Source: Auanema rhodensis
Taxonomy: Eukaryota > Animalia > Nematoda
Assembly (NCBI GenBank): GCA_964057225.1
Contig: OZ059897.1
Span: forward strand, 19,530,001-19,594,000
DNA length: 64,000 nt
Direction: 5' to 3'
Shown here piece after piece: positions 25,101-40,100 of the stretch; position 1 is the stretch's first letter, and each line of letters starts with the position of its first letter. The notes beneath the pieces were generated by a model. That model made no database searches, was not told where the DNA came from, and saw only the letters and a list, made by a program, of their open reading frames with translations. The translations under genes were made by a program, and so were the position numbers.

Positions 25101-28100
25101 TGAGTTTCCATGTACACTCAACATTGCTTCCAAAAACATTTTGACAAAAATTTTTTCGAAAAATTTCAAAATAATTTAGCGAAAAGTAGATGTTTTTAGA
25201 TTCGATTTTTCAAGGCAAAGACGATGGACAATGTTATTCAACGAAAAAATTAATTCTTCAGGGTGAAAATCGAGGATATAAGTGTGAACTTATATCAGTT
25301 GATATCTCGGTGCATTTTTAAGCTAGCGCAAATCTGATAACACAGATCGACGCAGCTTAAAAATCCGCATCGAATGCACTATACTACATTGAAAAACGCT
25401 TAATACAAAAATTAGTTATGATCGTTTGAAAAATGATGCATTAGAGTATGTTGAGTTTCCATGTACACTCAACATTGCTTCCAAAAACATTTTGACAAAA
25501 ATTTTTTCGAAAAATTTCAAAATAATTTAGCAAAAAGTAGATGTTTTTAGATTCCTTTTCTCAAGGCAAAGACGATGGACAATGTTATTCAACGAAAAAA
25601 TTATTTCTTCAGGGTGAAAATCGAGGATATAAGTGTGAACTTATATCAGTTGATATCTCGGTGCATTTTTAAGCTAGCGCAAATCTGATAACACAGATCG
25701 ACGCAGCTTAAAAATCCGCATCGAATGCACTATACTACATTAAGAAACGCTTGATACAAAAATTAGTTATGATCGTTTGAAAAATGATGCATTAGTGTAT
25801 GTTGAGTTTCCATGTACACTCAACATTGCTTCCAAAAACATTTTGACAAAAATTTTTTCGAAAAATTTCAAAATAATTTAGCAAAAAGTAGATGTTTTTA
25901 GATTCGATTTTTCAAGGCAAAGACGATGGACAATGTTATTCAACGAAAAAATTAATTCTTCAGGGTGAAAATCGAGGATATAAGTGTGAACTTATATCAG
26001 TTGATATCTCGGTGCATTTTTAAGCTAGCGCAAATCTGATAACACAGATCGACGCAGCTTAAAAATCCGCATCGAATGCACTATACTACATTGAAAAACG
26101 CTTGATACAAAAATTAGTTATGATCGTTTGAAAAATGATGCATTAGTGTATGTTGAGTTTCCATGTACACTCAACATTGCTTCCAAAAACATTTTGACAA
26201 AAATTTTTTCGAAAAATTTCAAAATAATTTAGCAAAAAGTAGATGTTTTTAGATTCCTTTTCTCAAGGCAAAGACGATGGACAATGTTATTCAACGAAAA
26301 AATTATTTCTTCAGGGTGAAAATCGAGGATATAAGTGTGAACTTATATCAGTTGATATCTCGGTGCATTTTTAAGCTAGCGCAAATCTGATAACACAGAT
26401 CGACGCAGCTTAAAAATCCGGATCGAATGCACTATACTACATTAAGAAACGCTTGATACAAAAATTAGTTATGATCGTTTGAAAAATGATGCATTAGTGT
26501 ATGTTGAGTTTCCATGTACACTCAACATTGCTTCCAAAAACATTTTGACAAAAATTTTTTCGAAAAATTTCAAAATAATTTAGCAAAAAGTAGATGTTTT
26601 TAGATTCCATTTTTCAAGGCAAAGACGATAGACAATGTTATTCAACGGAAAAGTTAATTCTTCAGGGTGAAAATCGAGGATATAAGTGTGAACTTATATC
26701 AGTTGATATCTCGGTGCATTTTTAAGCTAGCGCAAATCTGATAACACAGATCGACGCAGCTTAAAAATCCGCATCGAATGCACTATACTACATTGAGAAA
26801 AGCTTAATACAAAAATTAGTTATGATCGTTTGAAAAATGATGCATTAGTGTATGTTGAGTTTCCATGTACACTCAACATTGCTTCCAAAAACATTTTGAC
26901 AAAAATTTTTTCGAAAAATTTCAAAATAATTTAGCAAAAAGTAGATGTTTTTAGATTCCTTTTTTCAAGGCAAAGACGATGGACAATGTTATTCAACGAA
27001 AAAATTAATTCTTCAGGGTGAAAATCGAGGATATAAGTGTGAACTTATATCAGTTGATATCTCGGTGCATTTTTAAGCTAGCGCAAATCTGATAACACAG
27101 ATCGACGCAGCTTAAAAATCCGCATCGAATGCACTATATTACATTGAGAAACACTTGATACAAAAATTAGTTATGATCGTTTGAAAAATGATGCATTAGT
27201 GTATGTTGAGTTTCCATGTACACTCAACATTGCTTCCAAAAACATTTTGACAAAAATTTTTTCGAAAAATTTCAAAATAATTTAGCAAAAAGTAGATGTT
27301 TTAAGATTCCATTTTTCAAGGCAAAGACGATGGACAATGTTATTCAACGAAAAAATTAATTCTTCAGGGTGAAAATCGAGGATATAAGTGTGAACTTATA
27401 TCAGTTGATATCTCGGTGCATTTTTAAGCTAGCGCAAATCTGATAACACAGATCGACGCAGCTTAAAAATCCGGATCGAATGCACTATACTACATTAAGA
27501 AACGTTTGATACAAAAATTAGTTATGATCGTTTGAAAAATGATGCATTAGTGTATGTTGAGTTTCCATGTACACTCAACATTGCTTCCAAAAACATTTTG
27601 ACAAAAATTTTTTCGAAAAATTTCAAAATAATTTAGCAAAAAGTAGATGTTTTTAGATTCCATTTTTCAAGGCAAAGACGATAGACAATGTTAATCAACG
27701 AAAAAGTTAATTCTTCAGGGTGAAAATCGAGGATATAAGTGTGAACTTATATCAGTTGATATCTCGGTGCATTTTTAAGCTAGCGCAAATCTGATAACAC
27801 AGATCGACGCAGCTTAAAAATCCGCATCGAATGCACTATATTACATTGAGAAACACTTGATACAAAAATTAGTTATGATCGTTTGAAAAATGATGCATTA
27901 GTGTATGTTGAGTTTCCATGTACACTCAACATTGCTTCCAAAAACATTTTGACAAAAATTTTTTCGAAAAATTTCAAAATAATTTAGCAAAAAGTAGATG
28001 TTTTAAGATTCCATTTTTCAAGGCAAAGACGATGGACAATGTTATTCAACGAAAAAATTAATTCTTCAGGGTGAAAATCGAGGATATAAGTGTGAACTTA

Positions 28101-31100
28101 TATCAGTTGATATCTCGGTGCATTTTTAAGCTAGCGCAAATCTGAAAACACAGATCGACGCAGCTTAAAAATCCGCATCGAATGCACTATACTACATTGA
28201 GAAAAACTTAATACAAAAATTAGTTATGATCGTTTGAAAAATGATGCATTAGTGTATGTTGAGTTTCCATGTACACTCAACATTGCTTCCAAAAACATTT
28301 TGACAAAAATTTTTTCGAAAAATTTCAAAATAATTTAGCAAAAAGTAGATGTTTTTAGATTCCATTTTTCAAGGCAAAGACGATGGACAATGTTATTCAA
28401 CGAAAAAATTGATTCTTCAGGGTGAAAATCGAGGATATAAGTGTGAACTTATATCAGTTGATATCTCGGTGCATTTTTAAGCTAGCGCAAATCTGATAAC
28501 ACAGATCGACGCAGCTTAAAAATCCGCATCGAATGCACTATACTACATTGAGAAAAGCTTAATACAAAAATTAGTTATGATCGTTTGAAAAATGATGCAT
28601 TAGTGTATGTTGAGTTTCCATGTACACTCAACATTGCTTCCAAAAACATTTTGACAAAAATTTTTTCGAAAAATTTCAAAATAATTTAGCAAAAAGTAGA
28701 TGTTTTTAGATTCCATTTTTCAAGGCAAAGACGATGGACAATGTTATTCAACGAAAAAATTGATTCTTCAGGGTGAAAATCGAGGATATAAGTGTGAACT
28801 TATATCAGTTGATATCTCGGTGCATTTTTAAGCTAGCGCAAATCTGATAACACAGATCGACGCAGCTTAAAAATCCGCATCGAATGCACTATACTACATT
28901 GAGAAAAGCTTAATACAAAAATTAGTTATGATCGTTTGAAAAATGATGCATTAGTGTATGTTGAGTTTCCATGTACACTCAACATTGCTTCCAAAAACAT
29001 TTTGACAAAAATTTTTTCGAAAAATTTCAAAATAATTTAGCAAAAAGTAGATGTTTTTAGATTCCATTTTTCAAGGCAAAGACGATGGACAATGTTATTC
29101 AACGAAAAAATTAATTCTTCAGGGTGAAAATCGAGGATATAAGTGTGAACTTATATCAGTTGATATCTCGGTGCATTTTTAAGCTAGCGCAAATCTGATA
29201 ACACAGATCGACGCAGCTTAAAAATCCGCATCGAATGCACTATATTACATTGAGAAACACTTGATACAAAAATTAGTTATGATCGTTTGAAAAATGATGC
29301 ATTAGTGTATGTTGAGTTTCCATGTACACTCAACATTGCTTCCAAAAACATTTTGACAAAAATTTTTTCGAAAAATTTCAAAATAATTTAGCAAAAAGTA
29401 GATGTTTTAAGATTCCATTTTTCAAGGCAAAGACGATGGACAATGTTATTCAACGAAAAAATTAATTCTTCAGGGTGAAAATCGAGGATATAAGTGTGAA
29501 CTTATATCAGTTGATATCTCGGTGCATTTTTAAGCTAGCGCAAATCTGAAAACACAGATCGACGCAGCTTAAAAATCCGCATCGAATGCACTATACTACA
29601 TTGAGAAAAACTTAATACAAAAATTAGTTATGATCGTTTGAAAAATGATGCATTAGTGTATGTTGAGTTTCCATGTACACTCAACATTGCTTCCAAAAAC
29701 ATTTTGACAAAAATTTTTTCGAAAAATTTCAAAATAATTTAGCAAAAAGTAGATGTTTTTAGATTCCATTTTTCAAGGCAAAGACGATGGACAATGTTAT
29801 TCAACGAAAAAATTAATTCTTCAGGGTGAAAATCGAGGATATAAGTGTGAACTTATATCAGTTGATATCTCGGTGCATTTTTAAGCTAGCGCAAATCTGA
29901 TAACACAGATCGACGCAGCTTAAAAATCCGCATCGAATGCACTATATTACATTGAGAAACACTTGATACAAAAATTAGTTATGATCGTTTGAAAAATGAT
30001 GCATTAGTGTATGTTGAGTTTCCATGTACACTCAACATTGCTTCCAAAAACATTTTGACAAAAATTTTTTCGAAAAATTTCAAAATAATTTAGCAAAAAG
30101 TAGATGTTTTAAGATTCCATTTTTCAAGGCAAAGACGATGGACAATGTTATTCAACGAAAAAATTAATTCTTCAGGGTGAAAATCGAGGATATAAGTGTG
30201 AACTTATATCAGTTGATATCTCGGTGCATTTTTAAGCTAGCGCAAATCTGAAAACACAGATCGACGCAGCTTAAAAATCCGCATCGAATGCACTATACTA
30301 CATTGAGAAAAACTTAATACAAAAATTAGTTATGATCGTTTGAAAAATGATGCATTAGTGTATGTTGAGTTTCCATGTACACTCAACATTGCTTCCAAAA
30401 ACATTTTGACAAAAATTTTTTCGAAAAATTTCAAAATAATTTAGCAAAAAGTAGATGTTTTTAGATTCCATTTTTCAAGGCAAAGACGATGGACAATGTT
30501 ATTCAACGAAAAAATTGATTCTTCAGGGTGAAAATCGAGGATATAAGTGTGAACTTATATCAGTTGATATCTCGGTGCATTTTTAAGCTAGCGCAAATCT
30601 GATAACACAGATCGACGCAGCTTAAACATCCGCATCGAATGCACTATACTACATTGAGAAAAGCTTAATACAAAAATTAGTTATGATCGTTTGAAAAATG
30701 ATGCATTAGTGTATGTTGAGTTTCCATGTACACTCAACATTGCTTCCAAAAACATTTTGACAAAAATTTTTTCGAAAAATTTCAAAATAATTTAGCAAAA
30801 AGTAGATGTTTTTAGATTCCATTTTTCAAGGCAAAGACGATGGACAATGTTATTCAACGAAAAAATTGATTCTTCAGGGTGAAAATCGAGGATATAAGTG
30901 TGAACTTATATCAGTTGATATCTCGGTGCATTTTTAAGCTAGCGCAAATCTGATAACACAGATCGACGCAGCTTAAAAATCCGCATCGAATGCACTATAC
31001 TACATTGAGAAAAACTTAATACAAAAATTAGTTATCATCGTTTGAAAAATGATGCATTAGTGTATGTTGAGTTTCCATGTACACTCAACATTGCTTCCAA

Positions 31101-34100
31101 AAACATTTTGACAAAAATTTTTTCGAAAAATTTCAAAATAATTTAGCAAAAAGTAGATGTTTTTAGATTCCATTTTTCAAGGCAAAGACGATGGACAATG
31201 TTATTCAACGAAAAAATTAATTCTTCAGGGTGAAAATCGAGGATATAAGTGTGAACTTATATCAGTTGATATCTCGGTGCATTTTTAAGCTAGCGCAAAT
31301 CTGATAACACAGATCGACGCAGCTTAAAAATCCGCATCGAATGCACTATACTACATTGAAAAACGCTTAATACAAAAATTAGTTATGATCGTTTGAAAAA
31401 TGATGCATTAGTGTATGTTGAGTTTCCATGTACACTCAACATTGCTTCCAAAAACATTTTGACAAAAATTTTTTCGAAAAATTTCAAAATAATTTAGCGA
31501 AAAGTAGATGTTTTTAGATTCGATTTTTCAAGGCAAAGACGATGGACAATGTTATTCAACGAAAAAATTAATTCTTCAGGGTGAAAATCGAGGATATAAG
31601 TGTGAACTTATATCAGTTGATATCTCGGTGCATTTTTAAGCTAGCGCAAATCTGATAACACAGATCGACGCAGCTTAAAAATCCGCATCGAATGCACTAT
31701 ACTACATTGAAAAACGCTTAATACAAAAATTAGTTATGATCGTTTGAAAAATGATGCATTAGAGTATGTTGAGTTTCCATGTACACTCAACATTGCTTCC
31801 AAAAACATTTTGACAAAAATTTTTTCGAAAAATTTCAAAATAATTTAGCAAAAAGTAGATGTTTTTAGATTCCTTTTCTCAAGGCAAAGACGATGGACAA
31901 TGTTATTCAACGAAAAAATTATTTCTTCAGGGTGAAAATCGAGGATATAAGTGTGAACTTATATCAGTTGATATCTCGGTGCATTTTTAAGCTAGCGCAA
32001 ATCTGATAACACAGATCGACGCAGCTTAAAAATCCGGATCGAATGCACTATACTACATTAAGAAACGCTTGATACAAAAATTAGTTATGATCGTTTGAAA
32101 AATGATGCATTAGTGTATGTTGAGTTTCCATGTACACTCAACATTGCTTCCAAAAACATTTTGACAAAAATTTTTTCGAAAAATTTCAAAATAATTTAGC
32201 AAAAAGTAGATGTTTTTAGATTCCATTTTTCAAGGCAAAGACGATAGACAATGTTATTCAACGGAAAAGTTAATTCTTCAGGGTGAAAATCGAGGATATA
32301 AGTGTGAACTTATATCAGTTGATATCTCGGTGCATTTTTAAGCTAGCGCAAATCTGATAACACAGATCGACGCAGCTTAAAAATCCGCATCGAATGCACT
32401 ATACTACATTGAGAAAAGCTTAATACAAAAATTAGTTATGATCGTTTGAAAAATGATGCATTAGTGTATGTTGAGTTTCCATGTACACTCAACATTGCTT
32501 CCAAAAACATTTTGACAAAAATTTTTTCGAAAAATTTCAAAATAATTTAGCGAAAAGTAGATGTTTTTAGATTCCATTTTTCAAGGCAAAGACGATGGAC
32601 AATGTTATTCAACGAAAAAATTAATTCTTCAGGGTGAAAATCGAGGATATAAGTGTGAACTTATATCAGTTGATATCTCGGTGCATTTTTAAGCTAGCGC
32701 AAATCTGATAACACAGATCGACGCAGCTTAAAAATCCGCATCGAATGCACTATACTACATTGAAAAACGCTTAATACAAAAATTAGTTATGATCGTTTGA
32801 AAAATGATGCATTAGTGTATGTTGAGTTTCCATGTACACTCAACATTGCTTCCAAAAACATTTTGACAAAAATTTTTTCGAAAAATTTCAAAATAATTTA
32901 GCGAAAAGTAGATGTTTTTAGATTCGATTTTTCAAGGCAAAGACGATGGACAATGTTATTCAACGAAAAAATTAATTCTTCAGGGTGAAAATCGAGGATA
33001 TAAGTGTGAACTTATATCAGTTGATATCTCGGTGCTTTTTTAAGCTAGCGCAAATCTGATAACACAGATCGACGCAGCTTAAAAATCCGCATCGAATGCA
33101 CTATACTACATTGAAAAACGCTTGATACAAAAATTAGTTATGATCGTTTGAAAAATGATGCATTAGTGTATGTTGAGTTTCCATGTACACTCAACATTGC
33201 TTCCAAAAACATTTTGACAAAAATTTTTTCGAAAAATTTCAAAATAATTTAGCAAAAAGTAGATGTTTTTAGATTCCTTTTCTCAAGGCAAAGACGATGG
33301 ACAATGTTATTCAACGAAAAAATTATTTCTTCAGGGTGAAAATCGAGGATATAAGTGTGAACTTATATCAGTTGATATCTCGGTGCATTTTTAAGCTAGC
33401 GCAAATCTGATAACACAGATCGACGCAGCTTAAAAATCCGGATCGAATGCACTATACTACATTAAGAAACGCTTGATACAAAAATTAGTTATGATCGTTT
33501 GAAAAATGATGCATTAGTGTATGTTGAGTTTCCATGTACACTCAACATTGCTTCCAAAAACATTTTGACAAAAATTTTTTCGAAAAATTTCAAAATAATT
33601 TAGCAAAAAGTAGATGTTTTTAGATTCCATTTTTCAAGGCAAAGACGATAGACAATGTTATTCAACGGAAAAGTTAATTCTTCAGGGTGAAAATCGAGGA
33701 TATAAGTGTGAACTTATATCAGTTGATATCTCGGTGCATTTTTAAGCTAGCGCAAATCTGATAACACAGATCGACGCAGCTTAAAAATCCGCATCGAATG
33801 CACTATACTACATTGAGAAAAGCTTAATACAAAAATTAGTTATGATCGTTTGAAAAATGATGCATTAGTGTATGTTGAGTTTCCATGTACACTCAACATT
33901 GCTTCCAAAAACATTTTGACAAAAATTTTTTCGAAAAATTTCAAAATAATTTAGCAAAAAGTAGATGTTTTTAGATTCCTTTTTTCAAGGCAAAGACGAT
34001 GGACAATGTTATTCAACGAGAAAATTAATTCTTCAGGGTGAAAATCGAGGATATAAGTGTGAACTTATATCAGTTGATATCTCGGTGCATTTTTAAGCTA

Positions 34101-37100
34101 GCGCAAATCTGATAACACAGATCGACGCAGCTTAAAAATCCGCATCGAATGCACTATACTACATTGAGAAAAGCTTAATACAAAAATTAGTTATGATCGT
34201 TAGAAAAATGATGCATTAGTGTATGTTGAGTTTCCATGTACACTCAACATTGCTTCCAAAAACATTTTGACAAAAATTTTTTCGAAAAATTTCAAAATAA
34301 TTTAGCAAAAAGTAGATGTTTTTAGATTCCATTTTTCAAGGCAAAGACGATGGACAATGTTATTCAACGAAAAAGTTAATTCTTCAGGGTGAAAATCGAG
34401 GATATAAGTGTGAACTTATATCAGTTGATATCTCGGTGCATTTTTAAGCTAGCGCAAATCTGATAACACAGATCGACGCAGCTTAAAAATCCGGATCGAA
34501 TGCACTATACTACATTAAGAAACGCTTGATACAAAAATTAGTTATGATCGTTTGAAAAATGATGCATTAGTGTATGTTGAGTTTCCATGTACACTCAACA
34601 TTGCTTCCAAAAACATTTTGACAAAAATTTTTTCGAAAAATTTCAAAATAATTTAGCAAAAAGTAGATGTTTTTAGATTCCATTTTTCAAGGCAAAGACG
34701 ATGGACAATGTTATTCAACGAAAAAATTGATTCTTCAGGGTGAAAATCGAGGATATAAGTGTGAACTTATATCAGTTGATATCTCGGTGCATTTTTAAGC
34801 TAGCGCAAATCTGATAACACAGATCGACGCAGCTTAAAAATCCGCATCGAATGCACTATACTACATTGAGAAAAGCTTAATACAAAAATTAGTTATGATC
34901 GTTTGAAAAATGATGCATTAGTGTATGTTGAGTTTCCATGTACACTCAACATTGCTTCCAAAAACATTTTGACAAAAATTTTTTCGAAAAATTTCAAAAT
35001 AATTTAGCAAAAAGTAGATGTTTTTAGATTCCATTTTTCAAGGCAAAGACGATAGACAATGTTAATCAACGAAAAAGTTAATTCTTCAGGGTGAAAATCG
35101 AGGATATAAGTGTGAACTTATATCAGTTGATATCTCGGTGCATTTTTAAGCTAGCGCAAATCTGATAACACAGATCGACGCAGCTTAAAAATCCGCATCG
35201 AATGCACTATATTACATTGAGAAACACTTGATACAAAAATTAGTTATGATCGTTTGAAAAATGATGCATTAGTGTATGTTGAGTTTCCATGTACACTCAA
35301 CATTGCTTCCAAAAACATTTTGACAAAAATTTTTTCGAAAAATTTCAAAATAATTTAGCAAAAAGTAGATGTTTTAAGATTCCATTTTTCAAGGCAAAGA
35401 CGATGGACAATGTTATTCAACGAAAAAATTAATTCTTCAGGGTGAAAATCGAGGATATAAGTGTGAACTTATATCAGTTGATATCTCGGTGCATTTTTAA
35501 GCTAGCGCAAATCTGAAAACACAGATCGACGCAGCTTAAAAATCCGCATCGAATGCACTATACTACATTGAGAAAAACTTAATACAAAAATTAGTTATGA
35601 TCGTTTGAAAAATGATGCATTAGTGTATGTTGAGTTTCCATGTACACTCAACATTGCTTCCAAAAACATTTTGACAAAAATTTTTTCGAAAAATTTCAAA
35701 ATAATTTAGCAAAAAGTAGATGTTTTTAGATTCCATTTTTCAAGGCAAAGACGATGGACAATGTTATTCAACGAAAAAATTGATTCTTCAGGGTGAAAAT
35801 CGAGGATATAAGTGTGAACTTATATCAGTTGATATCTCGGTGCATTTTTAAGCTAGCGCAAATCTGATAACACAGATCGACGCAGCTTAAAAATCCGCAT
35901 CGAATGCACTATACTACATTGAGAAAAGCTTAATACAAAAATTAGTTATGATCGTTTGAAAAATGATGCATTAGTGTATGTTGAGTTTCCATGTACACTC
36001 AACATTGCTTCCAAAAACATTTTGACAAAAATTTTTTCGAAAAATTTCAAAATAATTTAGCAAAAAGTAGATGTTTTTAGATTCCATTTTTCAAGGCAAA
36101 GACGATGGACAATGTTATTCAACGAAAAAATTGATTCTTCAGGGTGAAAATCGAGGATATAAGTGTGAACTTATATCAGTTGATATCTCGGTGCATTTTT
36201 AAGCTAGCGCAAATCTGATAACACAGATCGACGCAGCTTAAAAATCCGCATCGAATGCACTATACTACATTGAGAAAAGCTTAATACAAAAATTAGTTAT
36301 GATCGTTTGAAAAATGATGCATTAGTGTATGTTGAGTTTCCATGTACACTCAACATTGCTTCCAAAAACATTTTGACAAAAATTTTTTCGAAAAATTTCA
36401 AAATAATTTAGCAAAAAGTAGATGTTTTTAGATTCCATTTTTCAAGGCAAAGACGATGGACAATGTTATTCAACGAAAAAATTAATTCTTCAGGGTGAAA
36501 ATCGAGGATATAAGTGTGAACTTATATCAGTTGATATCTCGGTGCATTTTTAAGCTAGCGCAAATCTGATAACACAGATCGACGCAGCTTAAAAATCCGC
36601 ATCGAATGCACTATACTACATTGAGAAAAGCTTAATACAAAAATTAGTTATGATCGTTTGAAAAATGATGCATTAGTGTATGTTGAGTTTCCATGTACAC
36701 TCAACATTGCTTCCAAAAACATTTTGACAAAAATTTTTTCGAAAAATTTCAAAATAATTTAGCAAAAAGTAGATGTTTTTAGATTCCATTTTTCAAGGCA
36801 AAGACGATGGACAATGTTATTCAACGAAAAAATTGATTCTTCAGGGTGAAAATCGAGGATATAAGTGTGAACTTATATCAGTTGATATCTCGGTGCATTT
36901 TTAAGCTAGCGCAAATCTGATAACACAGATCGACGCAGCTTAAAAATCCGCATCGAATGCACTATACTACATTGAGAAAAGCTTAATACAAAAATTAGTT
37001 ATGATCGTTTGAAAAATGATGCATTAGTGTATGTTGAGTTTCCATGTACACTCAACATTGCTTCCAAAAACATTTTGACAAAAATTTTTTCGAAAAATTT

Positions 37101-40100
37101 CAAAATAATTTAGCAAAAAGTAGATGTTTTTAGATTCCATTTTTCAAGGCAAAGACGATGGACAATGTTATTCAACGAAAAAATTAATTCTTCAGGGTGA
37201 AAATCGAGGATATAAGTGTGAACTTATATCAGTTGATATCTCGGTGCATTTTTAAGCTAGCGCAAATCTGATAACACAGATCGACGCAGCTTAAAAATCC
37301 GCATCGAATGCACTATACTACATTGAAAAACGCTTAATACAAAAATTAGTTATGATCGTTTGAAAAATGATGCATTAGTGTATGTTGAGTTTCCATGTAC
37401 ACTCAACATTGCTTCCAAAAACATTTTGACAAAAATTTTTTCGAAAAATTTCAGAATAATTTAGCGAAAAGTAGATGTTTTTAGATTCGATTTTTCAAGG
37501 CAAAGACGATGGACAATGTTATTCAACGAAAAAATTAATTCTTCAGGGTGAAAATCGAGGATATAAGTGTGAACTTATATCAGTTGATATCTCGGTGCAT
37601 TTTTAAGCTAGCGCAAATCTGATAACACAGATCGACGCAGCTTAAAAATCCGCATCGAATGCACTATACTACATTGAAAAACGCTTGATACAAAAATTAG
37701 TTATGATCGTTTGAAAAATGATGCATTAGTGTATGTTGAGTTTCCATGTACACTCAACATTGCTTCCAAAAACATTTTGACAAAAATTTTTTCGAAAAAT
37801 TTCAAAATAATTTAGCAAAAAGTAGATGTTTTTAGATTCCTTTTCTCAAGGCAGAGACGATGGACAATGTTATTCAACGAAAAAATTATTTCTTCAGGGT
37901 GAAAATCGAGGATATAAGTGTGAACTTATATCAGTTGATATCTCGGTGCATTTTTAAGCTAGCGCAAATCTGATAACACAGATCGACGCAGCTTAAAAAT
38001 CCGGATCGAATGCACTATACTACATTAAGAAACGCTTGATACAAAAATTAGTTATGATCGTTTGAAAAATGATGCATTAGTGTATGTTGAGTTTCCATGT
38101 ACACTCAACATTGCTTCCAAAAACATTTTGACAAAAATTTTTTCGAAAAATTTCAAAATAATTTAGCAAAAAGTAGATGTTTTTAGATTCCTTTTCTCAA
38201 GGCAAAGACGATGGACAATGTTATTCAACGAAAAAATTATTTCTTCAGGGTGAAAATCGAGGATATAAGTGTGAACTTATATCAGTTGATATCTCGGTGC
38301 ATTTTTAAGCTAGCGCAAATCTGATAACACAGATCGACGCAGCTTAAAAATCCGGATCGAATGCACTATACTACATTAAGAAACGCTTGATACAAAAATT
38401 AGTTATGATCGTTTGAAAAATGATGCATTAGTGTATGTTGAGTTTCCATGTACACTCAACATTGCTTCCAAAAACATTTTGACAAAAATTTTTTCGAAAA
38501 ATTTCAAAATAATTTAGCAAAAAGTAGATGTTTTTAGATTCCATTTTTCAAGGCAAAGACGATAGACAATGTTATTCAACGGAAAAGTTAATTCTTCAGG
38601 GTGAAAATCGAGGATATAAGTGTGAACTTATATCAGTTGATATCTCGGTGCATTTTTAAGCTAGCGCAAATCTGATAACACAGATCGACGCAGCTTAAAA
38701 ATCCGCATCGAATGCACTATACTACATTGAGAAAAGCTTAATACAAAAATTAGTTATGATCGTTTGAAAAATGATGCATTAGTGTATGTTGAGTTTCCAT
38801 GTACACTCAACATTGCTTCCAAAAACATTTTGACAAAAATTTTTTCGAAAAATTTCAAAATAATTTAGCAAAAAGTAGATGTTTTTAGATTCCTTTTTTC
38901 AAGGCAAAGACGATGGACAATGTTATTCAACGAGAAAATTAATTCTTCAGGGTGAAAATCGAGGATATAAGTGTGAACTTATATCAGTTGATATCTCGGT
39001 GCATTTTTAAGCTAGCGCAAATCTGATAACACAGATCGACGCAGCTTAAAAATCCGCATCGAATGCACTATACTACATTGAGAAAAGCTTAATACAAAAA
39101 TTAGTTATGATCGTTAGAAAAATGATGCATTAGTGTATGTTGAGTTTCCATGTACACTCAACATTGCTTCCAAAAACATTTTGACAAAAATTTTTTCGAA
39201 AAATTTCAAAATAATTTAGCAAAAAGTAGATGTTTTTAGATTCCTTTTCTCAAGGCAAAGACGATGGACAATGTTATTCAACGAAAAAGTTAATTCTTCA
39301 GGGTGAAAATCGAGGATATAAGTGTGAACTTATATCAGTTGATATCTCGGTGCATTTTTAAGCTAGCGCAAATCTGATAACACAGATCGACGCAGCTTAA
39401 AAATCCGGATCGAATGCACTATACTACATTAAGAAACGCTTGATACAAAAATTAGTTATGATCGTTTGAAAAATGATGCATTAGTGTATGTTGAGTTTCC
39501 ATGTACACTCAACATTGCTTCCAAAAACATTTTGACAAAAATTTTTTCGAAAAATTTCAAAATAATTTAGCAAAAAGTAGATGTTTTTAGATTCCTTTTC
39601 TCAAGGCAAAGACGATGGACAATGTTATTCAACGAAAAAATTATTTCTTCAGGGTGAAAATCGAGGATATAAGTGTGAACTTATATCAGTTGATATCTCG
39701 GTGCATTTTTAAGCTAGCGCAAATCTGATAACACAGATCGACGCAGCTTAAAAATCCGGATCGAATGCACTATACTACATTAAGAAACGCTTGATACAAA
39801 AATTAGTTATGATCGTTTGAAAAATGATGCATTAGTGTATGTTGAGTTTCCATGTACACTCAACATTGCTTCCAAAAACATTTTGACAAAAATTTTTTCG
39901 AAAAATTTCAAAATAATTTAGCAAAATGTAGATGTTTTTAGATTCCATTTTTCAAGGCAAAGACGATAGACAATGTTATTCAACGGAAAAGTTAATTCTT
40001 CAGGGTGAAAATCGAGGATATAAGTGTGAACTTATATCAGTTGATATCTCGGTGCATTTTTAAGCTAGCGCAAATCTGATAACACAGATCGACGCAGCTT